A stretch of DNA of 64,000 bases from an uncultured Bacillota bacterium. GTDB lineage: Bacteria > Bacillota_I > Bacilli_A > RF39 > UBA660. The notes under the pieces are model-generated. The model worked only from the letters and a program-made list of their open reading frames with translations, ran no database searches and was not told the DNA's origin. A program made the position numbers and the translations under genes. Within the stretch, counting starts at the first letter, position 1. Each line of letters starts with the position of its first letter. Shown here one piece after another: positions 48,710 through 57,689 of the stretch. The DNA lies in contig CAMOPK010000002.1 in NCBI GenBank assembly GCA_946622285.1, positions 4,313 through 68,312 on the forward strand, written 5' to 3'.

Positions 48710-49303
48710 TTAATCATTCTTTTTTTTCTTCATTTTCTTAAATTCTTCAAATTCTTTTAATTCCTCTTCAGTCAATGTTTTCTTTTTGTTAGTAAAAAAG
48801 TAAACTAACATACATACTATTAAAATTGACATAATCATAACTACAAAACCAAGTGGTTTTTGTATGAATAAAATTGCCGAGCCAATTTTTGCTATTTTAA
48901 ATTGATATTTACCTTCAATTTTATTTGAACACACTATACCATCATCAGCTGTATTGTTATTATCACCTTTTGTTACAAAACATTTATCGCCTTTTTCTGC
49001 AACTTCAATAATTCTATGAGTTGTAACAAAATTATCTTCTTCACGAAATGCAATAATATCATCAACTTTTAGTTCATTAGCATCAACTTCTTTTACAATA
49101 ACTAAGTCACCAATGTTGATTTTTGTTTCCATTGATCCAGATAAAACTATGAATGGTTTATATCCAAAAATACTTGGAACAGAATTTGGATTGACTTTAG
49201 TCTGAATAATAATATAAATATTGACAAGTAAAACCATGCTCAAAATAGTGATTAATACTATTTTTAAAGTTTTTAAAATTTTATTTTCATGTTTTTTAGT
49301 CAT
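48710..49303 (-). CDS. Signal peptidase I, ER/archaeal type (SipW-like), copy 1
   Basis: 197 aa with LSGSMET, THRI and TKGDNNN motifs plus a C-terminal TM anchor. Confidence 0.85.
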   Translation of the reverse strand: MTKKHENKILKTLKIVLITILSMVLLVNIYIIIQTKVNPNSVPSIFGYKPFIVLSGSMETKINIGDLVIVKEVDANELKVDDIIAFREEDNFVTTHRIIEVAEKGDKCFVTKGDNNNTADDGIVCSNKIEGKYQFKIAKIGSAILFIQKPLGFVVMIMSILIVCMLVYFFTNKKKTLTEEELKEFEEFKKMKKKKND

Positions 49304-49360
49304 ATACTAAACTCCAATCTATTCGGTCACCTAGCATATTGCGACATTTTATTCTATATA

Positions 49361-49369
49361 ATTATAGCA
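49361..49369 (-). promoter_or_regulatory. Candidate extended -10 promoter element for the SipW locus
   Basis: The minus strand reads TGCTATAAT about 55 nt upstream of the peptidase ATG. Confidence 0.4.
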
Positions 49370-49510
49370 TAATTTTAGAGATTTTAAAATAAAATATGTG
49401 AATAAAAGTCAATTTTTGTCAAACATTATATTTCTATATTATTTTGTTCAAAAAAACATATAAATACTTACAAAATATGGTATAATTCAATCGATATGGA
49501 GATAAGATTT

Positions 49511-50533
49511 ATGAAAAAATATGATGTCATTATAATTGGTGCCGGTCCAGCCGGGATTGCTGCTGCAAAAACATTTGATAAAAGTGGTATTAGCTTTTGC
49601 ATAATTGATAAAAACAAATTTCCACGTCAAAAGCTATGTGGTGGTGGTCTTACAAACAAAAGTATAAATATGTTAAAGAAGTTAAATTTAGATATTAACC
49701 GCATTCAAAACAAGCCTTGTAAAAACGTAATAATTGAAAATAAAAGCACAAAAAAAGAACTTGAGTTAGATAATAGTATTGTTATGATTGATAGAATTGA
49801 TTTCGATAATGCAATATTAAAGCAAATTACAGGTGATATCTTTTTAGAAGAAAATATTATTAATATAAATGATAACACTTTATCTACAAATAAAGATACA
49901 TATGAATTCAAATATATTATTTTTGCAGATGGTATAAATGGCTATAGCAGGAAATTTATTCAGAATAGAAAATTTGGTTTCTGTGTTGAATATGAATCTG
50001 ATAAGTTAACTGATAAAGTCATTTTAAGCTTTAATGCCATTAATGGTGGCTATGGATGGATTTTTCCAAAAGAAAATCACACTACGATTGGTCTCGGAAA
50101 TTTCGACACAAACAAGTGTGATTATATAAATTTAATATGTGAATTTGCTAAAAAAAATAATTTTGAAATTGATAAAACTCAAATAAAAGGATATCATATA
50201 CCTCTATATTCTAGAGATATATATGAAAAATCAGTTATCAATAACAAATTACTAGTTGGAGATGCTGCTAGTTTAGTAGACCCAATAAGCGGCGAAGGAA
50301 TTTATTATGCCATGGCTTCTGGAATGTATGCTGCCCAAAGTATTATTCAAGTTTTGAAAGACAATTCAAGTTTGAAAGATATTTACTTTGAAAAAACACA
50401 AGGATTGAGTAATAGTTTGGATAAAAGATTAAAAGCTTCTAAGCTTCTCTATTCAAAAATGGGTAATGCACTTATAAAAATAGGATTAAACAATGATAAA
50501 ATTTTAAGTCAATTAAAACGTGTATTTGGATAA
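49511..50533 (+). CDS. FAD-dependent oxidoreductase, geranylgeranyl reductase family
   Basis: KYDVIIIGAGPAGIAAA (the dinucleotide-binding fold) and GDAASLVDPISGEGIYYAMASG. Confidence 0.7.
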   Translation: MKKYDVIIIGAGPAGIAAAKTFDKSGISFCIIDKNKFPRQKLCGGGLTNKSINMLKKLNLDINRIQNKPCKNVIIENKSTKKELELDNSIVMIDRIDFDNAILKQITGDIFLEENIININDNTLSTNKDTYEFKYIIFADGINGYSRKFIQNRKFGFCVEYESDKLTDKVILSFNAINGGYGWIFPKENHTTIGLGNFDTNKCDYINLICEFAKKNNFEIDKTQIKGYHIPLYSRDIYEKSVINNKLLVGDAASLVDPISGEGIYYAMASGMYAAQSIIQVLKDNSSLKDIYFEKTQGLSNSLDKRLKASKLLYSKMGNALIKIGLNNDKILSQLKRVFG

Positions 50534-50534
50534 C

Positions 50535-50569
50535 AAAAAACTCAGAATAAAAATTCTGAGTTATTTTTT
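50535..50569. terminator. Bidirectional terminator
   Basis: CTCAGAAT-AAAA-ATTCTGAG flanked by A6 and a T run. Confidence 0.7.
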
Positions 50570-50572
50570 AGA

Positions 50573-50649
50573 TGGTGTCCCGGAAGGGATTCGAACCCCC
50601 GACCGCTGCCTTAGAAGGGCATTGCTCTATCCAACTGAGCTACCGAGAC
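50573..50649 (-). tRNA. tRNA-Arg (anticodon UCU)
   Basis: 77 nt: GTCTCGG...CTTCTAA loop...GGTTCGAATCC...CCGGGAC-A-CCA. Confidence 0.9.
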
Positions 50650-50724
50650 ATCTCCGCGGATATCTAGATTATACATCAGTTGAAATGAGTTTTCAAGGTT
50701 TTTTTGCTTATTTTAGCAATGTTT

Positions 50725-52590
50725 TTATTTCCTATCGATTGAAAATGTTCGACAAAGTTTATTATATTCAGATGTAAAACGATTGTTGCGTTCCTGTAAA
50801 GCCGTAAACTGTCTTGCATATGCATCAACACCACTATATTTTCTTGAATATTCTTCAAAAGAAATTTTGTTGACAAATAAGTCAATTATCATTCTTTGAA
50901 TCATAAGTGATGGATATAATCTGGCAGGACTCGTTGCCTTAGTATATGCATCTAATCCTAGCCCTTTATGACCAGTATTAACACTTGAAAATGACGATGT
51001 TTTATGTAAAGCTTGCAGTGATCTAAGCATATCACAAATAGCTTTATCACGCTTATATTTTAATAATTGACTTTGAATATTATTGGCGCTTTCAATATCA
51101 CTTACACAGTATATGAAAGGAAGTCCTGCTCTATCAAATGTCGTAGCTAAGTAATTATTCAAAAATATCGAAAATGTTGCAATAATTCTAGTACTAGGTG
51201 TATCTTGGTATTTTTCTGGAATATCTTCCTCACTAGCACCTAATTCACGTACTATTTCTTTAATGCGATGATAACGATCAATGGTACCTAAAGAGTCCCC
51301 AATGGCTTCTGATAATTCTAATGCATTCTTTAAAATTTCATATAATTCATTAGGATTTTCAAGTATTTCTATTGATTCTGAATATGTCAAGTTTTCTCTT
51401 ACTCTTATCATTGCAGGTGCTATCTCGCAATCAATCAATGTAAGATCAGGAGCAAATCTAAACGTATACGCAATTACTCTTCTTAATCCTTTGTTCAATG
51501 AAAAATTACGAACAAATGGGTCTGGAATCATTGGAATCCAATTATCTTTTGTATAAATTGATGCAAAATGTTGAAATGCATATATATCAAGTGGACTCCC
51601 TTGTAAAATTGAGGAAACATCCGTTATATAAAGACCTAATTCGAAAGTCCCATCAGGCTTTCTTTCAATTGAAAAAGCATCATCTCTAATAAGCGTATCA
51701 TGGCAGTCGATTGTAAGTGCAATTCGATCTGTCATATTAACTGGAAAATGTTCATGTGAAAGTCTTACATTATCAAATATAACATCTTGGAGCCCATAAC
51801 GCACTTTCAAAAGATTAAGTTTTTCTTTAGCATCAAACTCTTCCTTTATTCCAAGTGTTGTTAATATTTCTTTTATAAAAATTAAATCTCTTACACCCAA
51901 TAATGAAGAATATTTTTCGCACAAAGCACCTATCTTTTGCCTTTCTTCATCACTTATTTCATAATTGATATTTGATATAAAAAGAATAATAATTTTTGAT
52001 AAAAATTCACGATCATCTATTTTGACAAAATACTCTTTCAATACTTTTATAACTATTGTCTCACCATTAGCTTTTATATTACACGCATTAGGATAAAGTG
52101 AAATTAGCAACTTCAGATGGCCATAATCTTTATATCTAAAAATATAATCACATATAATTGTCCTAAGTTTCTTAGGGTCAACATTAAAAGGAAGTTTATT
52201 TGCTGTTTCTGTCATTTCAAAACGTGTTTCAATCAAAAAAGAACCAAGTTTTTCATCAAAGAAATTAAGTAAGCCTAAAAGGTCTTTATCATTTGCTGCA
52301 ATTTCTTTTTTCTGATTAACAACCTCTCTCATTTTTTTAACAAATTCTTCAACTATTTTAAAATCTTCTTCTGTTTTTGGTTTGATATAGCTTAAGACAC
52401 GAAAAATATCAACATATTCATCTTGATCTATGCTGTAATCTATTTCTTCAAATAATGTTAATAAATACTGCATTAAAAGACGAATTAATGAAGAATTTTT
52501 TTCTATCTTTAATTCGCTTTTTAACGCACTAATAGACATTATTTTATTTCTAAAAATAGTGTGATCTAAAAGTCCTCTAGTTCGTTTCAT
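50725..52590 (-). CDS. RNB-domain (RNase II/R family) protein lacking recognisable cold-shock and S1 domains
   Basis: 621 aa. RNB motifs TIDCHDTLIRDDAFS, LYITDVSSIL, IPMIPDPF and HKGLGLDAYTKATSPARLYPSLMIQR. The N-terminal ~270 aa are helical and unassigned. The protein ends about 55 aa after the last RNB motif. Confidence 0.7.
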   Translation of the reverse strand: MKRTRGLLDHTIFRNKIMSISALKSELKIEKNSSLIRLLMQYLLTLFEEIDYSIDQDEYVDIFRVLSYIKPKTEEDFKIVEEFVKKMREVVNQKKEIAANDKDLLGLLNFFDEKLGSFLIETRFEMTETANKLPFNVDPKKLRTIICDYIFRYKDYGHLKLLISLYPNACNIKANGETIVIKVLKEYFVKIDDREFLSKIIILFISNINYEISDEERQKIGALCEKYSSLLGVRDLIFIKEILTTLGIKEEFDAKEKLNLLKVRYGLQDVIFDNVRLSHEHFPVNMTDRIALTIDCHDTLIRDDAFSIERKPDGTFELGLYITDVSSILQGSPLDIYAFQHFASIYTKDNWIPMIPDPFVRNFSLNKGLRRVIAYTFRFAPDLTLIDCEIAPAMIRVRENLTYSESIEILENPNELYEILKNALELSEAIGDSLGTIDRYHRIKEIVRELGASEEDIPEKYQDTPSTRIIATFSIFLNNYLATTFDRAGLPFIYCVSDIESANNIQSQLLKYKRDKAICDMLRSLQALHKTSSFSSVNTGHKGLGLDAYTKATSPARLYPSLMIQRMIIDLFVNKISFEEYSRKYSGVDAYARQFTALQERNNRFTSEYNKLCRTFSIDRK

Positions 52591-52595
52591 AAACC

Positions 52596-53501
52596 CTACT
52601 TTCTTAAATTCTTACTTATCATTTCGGAATCAGTTGTTAGTTGTTTAATCCTCTCTATTATTCTTTTGGCCTTTACAATATCAGCACCATCTTTAGTAAC
52701 GGAAAGATGAATTTCTAATTCTTCTAAGTTTAAATTAGAAGTAAAAAATGTTTTCAATCCTTCATCCATACGATATTGTAAAATTGGGCATAAAATCTCA
52801 TCTCTGCCCCACGCAGTTGTATTCTCAGCACCAATGTCATCAATAAGTAAAATTGGAGCCTTCATAACTTTGTTCATAACTTCTTCAAAGCTATCAGTAT
52901 TAAATAAAGTCTTTAAATACTTTAAAAATTCTGGCCAAAAGACTATAGCACTTTTAACATCTTTTTTAGCAAGTTCATTTAACGCTGCTGTTATTAAATA
53001 TGTTTTTCCACATCCAAAATTACCATGTAAGTAAAGCCCTTTACCTTTTAATGGATTATCAATAAACGTTTTTAAGTATTTTATTACATCATATCTTGCT
53101 TTATCATCAGTATAAATATCCTTCATACGAGCATTTCTGATTGCTTCTGGAATATCAATTGCATAAATGTTTTTTAAAAAACTTGTTTCCTTTTCAAACT
53201 TCTTTTGATAACGACAAGGACGATATTTAAAATCGATAAACCCATCCTCAACAACAGGTAAGCATGCATAGCCTTCTACTTGATTTACACACGAAAGTAA
53301 GCCCTTACATTTCATACAATTATCGTATTCTTGTGCACTATCTTCTAAACGAGATGTATATTGCATAAGCAATTCATCAGGTGCATTTAACTTTTCAATA
53401 AGATTTAAAAAAGCTTGGTTTTTTTTAGCAGCTGCATAAGATTTCTTTAATTCATGATCTAATTTTTCATTTTTATTAACATATTCACTCATTTTTAACA
53501 T
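52596..53501 (-). CDS. dnaI: Primosomal helicase loader DnaI
   Basis: 301 aa with an N-terminal Cys cluster (CMKCKGLLSC), Walker A GNFGCGKTYL and Walker B LLIDDIG. Confidence 0.88.
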   Translation of the reverse strand: MLKMSEYVNKNEKLDHELKKSYAAAKKNQAFLNLIEKLNAPDELLMQYTSRLEDSAQEYDNCMKCKGLLSCVNQVEGYACLPVVEDGFIDFKYRPCRYQKKFEKETSFLKNIYAIDIPEAIRNARMKDIYTDDKARYDVIKYLKTFIDNPLKGKGLYLHGNFGCGKTYLITAALNELAKKDVKSAIVFWPEFLKYLKTLFNTDSFEEVMNKVMKAPILLIDDIGAENTTAWGRDEILCPILQYRMDEGLKTFFTSNLNLEELEIHLSVTKDGADIVKAKRIIERIKQLTTDSEMISKNLRK

Positions 53502-53509
53502 CTTATCAC

Positions 53510-54787
53510 CTACTCAAATTCACTCAATAAATCTTTCATTTTTTGTTCTTCATCTGGATCTGCCGCTTCACTTTCTATAGTTTTATTCATCCATTTTGGT
53601 GTTACTTTTGAAGCTGATGAAGTTTTATTTTCGTTCCTACTTTTATATTCCTTTTTAGCTATACTCATAGCATCTTCAACTGTCTCAATATTACTTCTCT
53701 TCCATTGTAAAGCAATGGCTTCTACAAATTTTGGAGTCAATTTGTTATTATTAATTTTTAAAACAAAATCAACTAAGACATTAACTACTCCAGCTTTCAA
53801 ATCTAAGTCAATCATCAAGTGCTCAAGTAATTTTGCATCACTTTTACTTAATGATGAAACACCTGTCTTAGCAACAAGAAAATCATGTGGCGAAGTTGTT
53901 TCAAACATATAAATAATCTTAGCCTTATTACTTGTTGATTTTACACTTGATCTTAAATTTTCTGGTTGTGTTCGATAAATGATTGTTGGATTAGATCCAT
54001 AATTTTCAAAACTATAGTATCTTAAACAATTATCTCTTAATTTATCTCTATCAATAGTTTTTCTCAAAGTTACACTATCAGAAAGTAGTTCTTTAACATC
54101 TTCATTTTTTAAATTGTATATAAAAGATAATTTATAAATAAAGTCCTTCATTTCTTTAGTAATTCCCTTTTTGTTTAAAACTTCATCAGGAATCATACTT
54201 AAAATTAAATCTAAATCAATATCAGGTATTATTTCCACATTATTAATACTTTTCTTTCTTATAGTATCATATAATCCTTCTGTTTGATTAAATGCGACAC
54301 TTTCAAAAACATCACTAAAAGAAACACTTATGTCTTTATAATCACTTAAATCTATTTTCGGAAGTTCATAACATTTAACTAATTTTTTATATTCACTTTT
54401 ACCAACATTAGTATAAAGTGCTGTATTTAAAAGTGGATTATTAAAAAATTCATATGGATTTAGTGGCGAATAAAGTTCATAAACATAGTTATTAACAGTA
54501 TCTTTCTTTACATATGTTTTAAGAAGACCAACTGCCTCTAATTTTTCTCTAGATTCCATAAAAGTACTTATATTAATACCTAAATTTCTAATAAGTTGTT
54601 CATGTAAATATTCGCCAGATATTACACGTGTTTTATCTAGATTAGACCACAATGTAAAATAAAGATTAATTGGCATTGATCCAATTACAGGTTGATATAG
54701 CGTGACCAAAATATCGCGATCTGATTCATTCAAAATCGTTTTGTTCAAAACTACATAAATGTCTTTTGAAACAATGGCATCATGCAT
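53510..54787 (-). CDS. dnaB: Replication initiation and membrane attachment protein DnaB (DnaD-like domains)
   Basis: About 425 aa, upstream of dnaI as in Bacillus. It has DnaB_2-type C-terminal repeats. ATG 54787 lies after GAGGGTGA. Confidence 0.75.
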   Translation of the reverse strand: MHDAIVSKDIYVVLNKTILNESDRDILVTLYQPVIGSMPINLYFTLWSNLDKTRVISGEYLHEQLIRNLGINISTFMESREKLEAVGLLKTYVKKDTVNNYVYELYSPLNPYEFFNNPLLNTALYTNVGKSEYKKLVKCYELPKIDLSDYKDISVSFSDVFESVAFNQTEGLYDTIRKKSINNVEIIPDIDLDLILSMIPDEVLNKKGITKEMKDFIYKLSFIYNLKNEDVKELLSDSVTLRKTIDRDKLRDNCLRYYSFENYGSNPTIIYRTQPENLRSSVKSTSNKAKIIYMFETTSPHDFLVAKTGVSSLSKSDAKLLEHLMIDLDLKAGVVNVLVDFVLKINNNKLTPKFVEAIALQWKRSNIETVEDAMSIAKKEYKSRNENKTSSASKVTPKWMNKTIESEAADPDEEQKMKDLLSEFE

Positions 54788-54844
54788 AATTATCACCCTC
54801 AATATCTAGTTTATAATAAAAAAAAAGTTCTTTCAAGAACTTTT

Positions 54845-55549
54845 CTAAATATTTGAAACATTATGATAAACATTTTGAACATCATCAATCTCATCAAGTA
54901 ATTTTAAGAGTTTTCTAACTGTCTCTTTATCTTCTTCACTGATATCGATTAGTTCTTTTGGTACCCATGCAATTTCTGAGGCAACAACGTTTAATGATGA
55001 TAATGCTTCTTTGACATCATAAAGAGCTGTTGTATCAGCATAAACAACTATTGTTTCACCTTCTGATTCAATATCTTCTACATCAAGTCCTGCTTCAACT
55101 AAGCGTTCCAAGATTTCATCTTCAGTTGAACCTTGAACACCAATTACAGCATTATGGTCATAATTAAATACAACGCTTCCTTGACCACCCATTTTAACGC
55201 TTGTTTTATTTAAAGCAGCACGAATACTACTTACTGAGCGATTTACATTGTCAGTTAAACATTCAACAATAAATGTTGAACCAGCTGGACCAAATAATTC
55301 ATAACGAACTGTTTGATAATCTTCATCTACTCCACTATTAACTTTATCAATTGCTCTTTTGATAATATCATTAGGTACTTGATCCTCACGAGCTTTTTCA
55401 ATTAAGCGCTTTAAACTTGGATTACCTTCAGGTGTTGTACCACCTTTTTTAGCAGTTTGATATATTTCTTTTGCATACATTCCGTACAATTTTCCTTTTG
55501 CTGCCCCTGTTGCAGCTTTAGCAGCAGCTATATTTGGAAATCTTCCCAT
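54845..55549 (-). CDS. YebC/PmpR-family DNA-binding regulator
   Basis: 234 aa with N-terminal MGRFPNIAAAKAATGAAKGKLYG and the typical three-domain length. Confidence 0.88.
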   Translation of the reverse strand: MGRFPNIAAAKAATGAAKGKLYGMYAKEIYQTAKKGGTTPEGNPSLKRLIEKAREDQVPNDIIKRAIDKVNSGVDEDYQTVRYELFGPAGSTFIVECLTDNVNRSVSSIRAALNKTSVKMGGQGSVVFNYDHNAVIGVQGSTEDEILERLVEAGLDVEDIESEGETIVVYADTTALYDVKEALSSLNVVASEIAWVPKELIDISEEDKETVRKLLKLLDEIDDVQNVYHNVSNI

Positions 55550-55560
55550 TTATTTACCTC

Positions 55561-56232
55561 CTATTTAACACATTTAGCTAAAGCATCAGCAGCTGCTGCT
55601 TGCTCAGCTTCTTTTTTACTATGAGCAGTACCTGTTCCATATATTCTTCCGTCAATTTTAACAACACTTGTGAAAGTTTTATTATGTGCAGGTCCTTTTT
55701 CATCAACAATTTCATATTCAAGTGAACGTTTATCTGTTTGAACAAATTCTTGTAAAGTTGACTTATAATCGTGTAAAAATGACAACTTACCTTCTTCAAT
55801 TATTGGAACAACATTTTTGTAAATGAATTTTTTAACTTCTTCTAATCCTTTATCTAAAAACATGGCGCCTATAAAAGCTTCAAAGATATCAGCAACAATT
55901 GCCTTGCGCATTCTGCCGCCACTTTCTTCTTCACCTACTCCTAAAAGTAAGAATTCATTTAAACCAAGCTTTAACGAGTAATTATATAAAGCTTCTTCAC
56001 ACACATAATTTGCTCGCATCTTAGTCATTTCACCTTCAGGGTAATCTGTTTTATTATAAAGATATTCACTCATTATTAATTCTAAAACAGCATCACCAAG
56101 ATATTCTAAACGTTCATAACTAACAGTTCCAGTTTCATTTGCATAAGAAGTATGAGTTAATGCGCGTTCATAAAGTTTCTCGTTGTCTGTTTTAATTTTA
56201 TATTTCTCGAATAAAGTCATTTTTTTCACCAC
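55561..56232 (-). CDS. rnc: Ribonuclease III
   Basis: 223 aa with the ERLEYLGDAVLEL catalytic signature and a C-terminal dsRBD (GPAHNKTF...HSKKEAEQAAAADAL). Confidence 0.93.
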   Translation of the reverse strand: MVKKMTLFEKYKIKTDNEKLYERALTHTSYANETGTVSYERLEYLGDAVLELIMSEYLYNKTDYPEGEMTKMRANYVCEEALYNYSLKLGLNEFLLLGVGEEESGGRMRKAIVADIFEAFIGAMFLDKGLEEVKKFIYKNVVPIIEEGKLSFLHDYKSTLQEFVQTDKRSLEYEIVDEKGPAHNKTFTSVVKIDGRIYGTGTAHSKKEAEQAAAADALAKCVK

Positions 56233-56314
56233 GATTTCCGTAAATATTATACCACATTAGTCAATAGTATTTTATTTTTTTAAGTTTTTTGGTATAATTA
56301 ATTCTGGTGAAAGT

Positions 56315-56536
56315 ATGAAATATATATTACTTAGTACAATTCATATATATAAGCAAATACCTGGTGATTTTCATAATCACTGTAATTTTCAACCAACGTG
56401 TTCAACTTATGCAATGGATGCATTGATTAAATTCAAAACAGGTAAAGCTTTAATACTTATTATAAAAAGATTGCTTAAATGCAATCCTTTTCACCGATTA
56501 TCATATGATCCAATACCAGGAGGAGATGTAAAATGA
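56315..56536 (+). CDS. yidD: Membrane protein insertion efficiency factor YidD
   Basis: 73 aa with CNFQPTCSTYAMDAL...LKCNPFH. Confidence 0.85.
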   Translation: MKYILLSTIHIYKQIPGDFHNHCNFQPTCSTYAMDALIKFKTGKALILIIKRLLKCNPFHRLSYDPIPGGDVK

Positions 56537-57390
56537 AAAAGATACTTATCGCTTTGATTGTTTGTTTATTTTTAACAACAGGTTGTTTAAAAAAAGACTC
56601 TTTTGATAATATAACTATATATACTACAGCATATCCCTTTAGATATGTTGCTCAAGAATTATATGGCGAACATAGTGAAGTTTTTAGTATATATCCAGCC
56701 AATACTGATATTGAAACATATACTTTAACTGATAAGCAAATTGAAATATATGGAAAAAAAGCAAACTTATATATATTTAATGGCTTAAATAAAGAAAAGG
56801 ATTATGTAATTCCAATGGTTAAACATAATAAGGGATTAAAAATAATCAATGCAACTTTAACAATGGATTATGATAATTCTCAGAATGATCTATGGTTAAG
56901 CCCTGCTAATTTACTTATGATTAGCCAAAATATAAAAAATGGTTTAAACGAATATATTTCTAACTATTACATTAAAGAAGAAGTTAATGCTAATTACGAA
57001 GCATTAAAAATTAATTTATCAAACTTAGATGCCAAATTAAGACTTATTTCAACTAATGCTGATAACAATAAATTAGTTGTTTCATCTAACATATTTAAAT
57101 TTCTAGAAAAATACAATTTTGAATTACTTGTTGTTAACAAAGATAGCGATAAAAAAGTAATAGAAGATGCTAAAGAATTAGTTAAAAATAAGGAAATTAG
57201 TTATGTATTCCTACTTAAAGGAGAGACAATATCAACTGAAATGGCAAGTTTAATAAGTAATTCAGACGTTAAAGTTGTTTACTTGCATCCACTTGCTAAT
57301 TTAACCGAAGAAGAAGAAAAAAATAAAAATGATTATCTTACAATCATGAATGAAAATATTGAATTAATAAAAGAAGAAGTTTACAATTAA
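56533..57390 (+). CDS. Lipoprotein of the ZnuA/TroA (cluster A-I) solute-binding fold, possibly non-metal-binding
   Basis: Lipobox LTTGC. ITIYTTAYPFRYVAQELYG resembles the ZnuA N-terminus. The usual DPH metal ligand position reads IET. No ABC partner genes are adjacent. Confidence 0.5.
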   Translation: MKKILIALIVCLFLTTGCLKKDSFDNITIYTTAYPFRYVAQELYGEHSEVFSIYPANTDIETYTLTDKQIEIYGKKANLYIFNGLNKEKDYVIPMVKHNKGLKIINATLTMDYDNSQNDLWLSPANLLMISQNIKNGLNEYISNYYIKEEVNANYEALKINLSNLDAKLRLISTNADNNKLVVSSNIFKFLEKYNFELLVVNKDSDKKVIEDAKELVKNKEISYVFLLKGETISTEMASLISNSDVKVVYLHPLANLTEEEEKNKNDYLTIMNENIELIKEEVYN

Positions 57391-57439
57391 ACTTCTTTTT
57401 TGAATAAAAAAATCAACATAAGTTGATTCAAAAATAAGA

Positions 57440-57530
57440 TGGCGGAGTGAGAGGGATTTGAACCCTCGCAGCAGTCTCCCGCTCTACGCCCTTAGCAGGG
57501 GCGCCTCTTCGGCCTCTTGAGTATCACTCC
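57440..57530 (-). tRNA. tRNA-Ser (anticodon GCU)
   Basis: 91 nt with a long variable arm: GGAGTGA...CTGCTAA loop...TCACTCC-G-CCA. Confidence 0.9.
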
Positions 57531-57540
57531 GACTAAATAT

Positions 57541-57569
57541 AATAATACATTATTTGTACTTTAAAGTCA
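57541..57569 (-). promoter_or_regulatory. Candidate promoter for tRNA-Ser
   Basis: Minus strand: TTGACT (57569..57564), a 17-nt spacer, then TATTAT (57546..57541), about 10 nt before the tRNA 5' end. Confidence 0.5.
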
Positions 57570-57570
57570 A

Positions 57571-57598
57571 CAAAAAAAGATACGCAAGGTATCTTTTT
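57571..57598 (-). terminator. Hairpin terminator between tRNA-Glu and tRNA-Ser
   Basis: A7-GATAC-GCAAG-GTATC-T6. Confidence 0.55.
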
Positions 57599-57609
57599 TA
57601 ATTTCAAAA

Positions 57610-57686
57610 TGGTGACCCGTACGGGATTTGAACCCATGAATGCATGCGTGAAAGGCATGTGTGTTCAACCACTTCACCAACGGGCC
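57610..57686 (-). tRNA. tRNA-Glu (anticodon UUC)
   Basis: 77 nt: GGCCCGT...CTTTCAC loop...GGTTCAAATCC...ACGGGTC-A-CCA. Confidence 0.88.
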
Positions 57687-57689
57687 AGA

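Noticed and set aside
50520-50885. ORFs 50520-50777 (+) and 50676-50885 (-).
   Set aside because: The first runs antisense through tRNA-Arg(UCU) and a terminator. The second is an out-of-frame overlap with the 3' end of the RNB gene. Neither has coding-like features.
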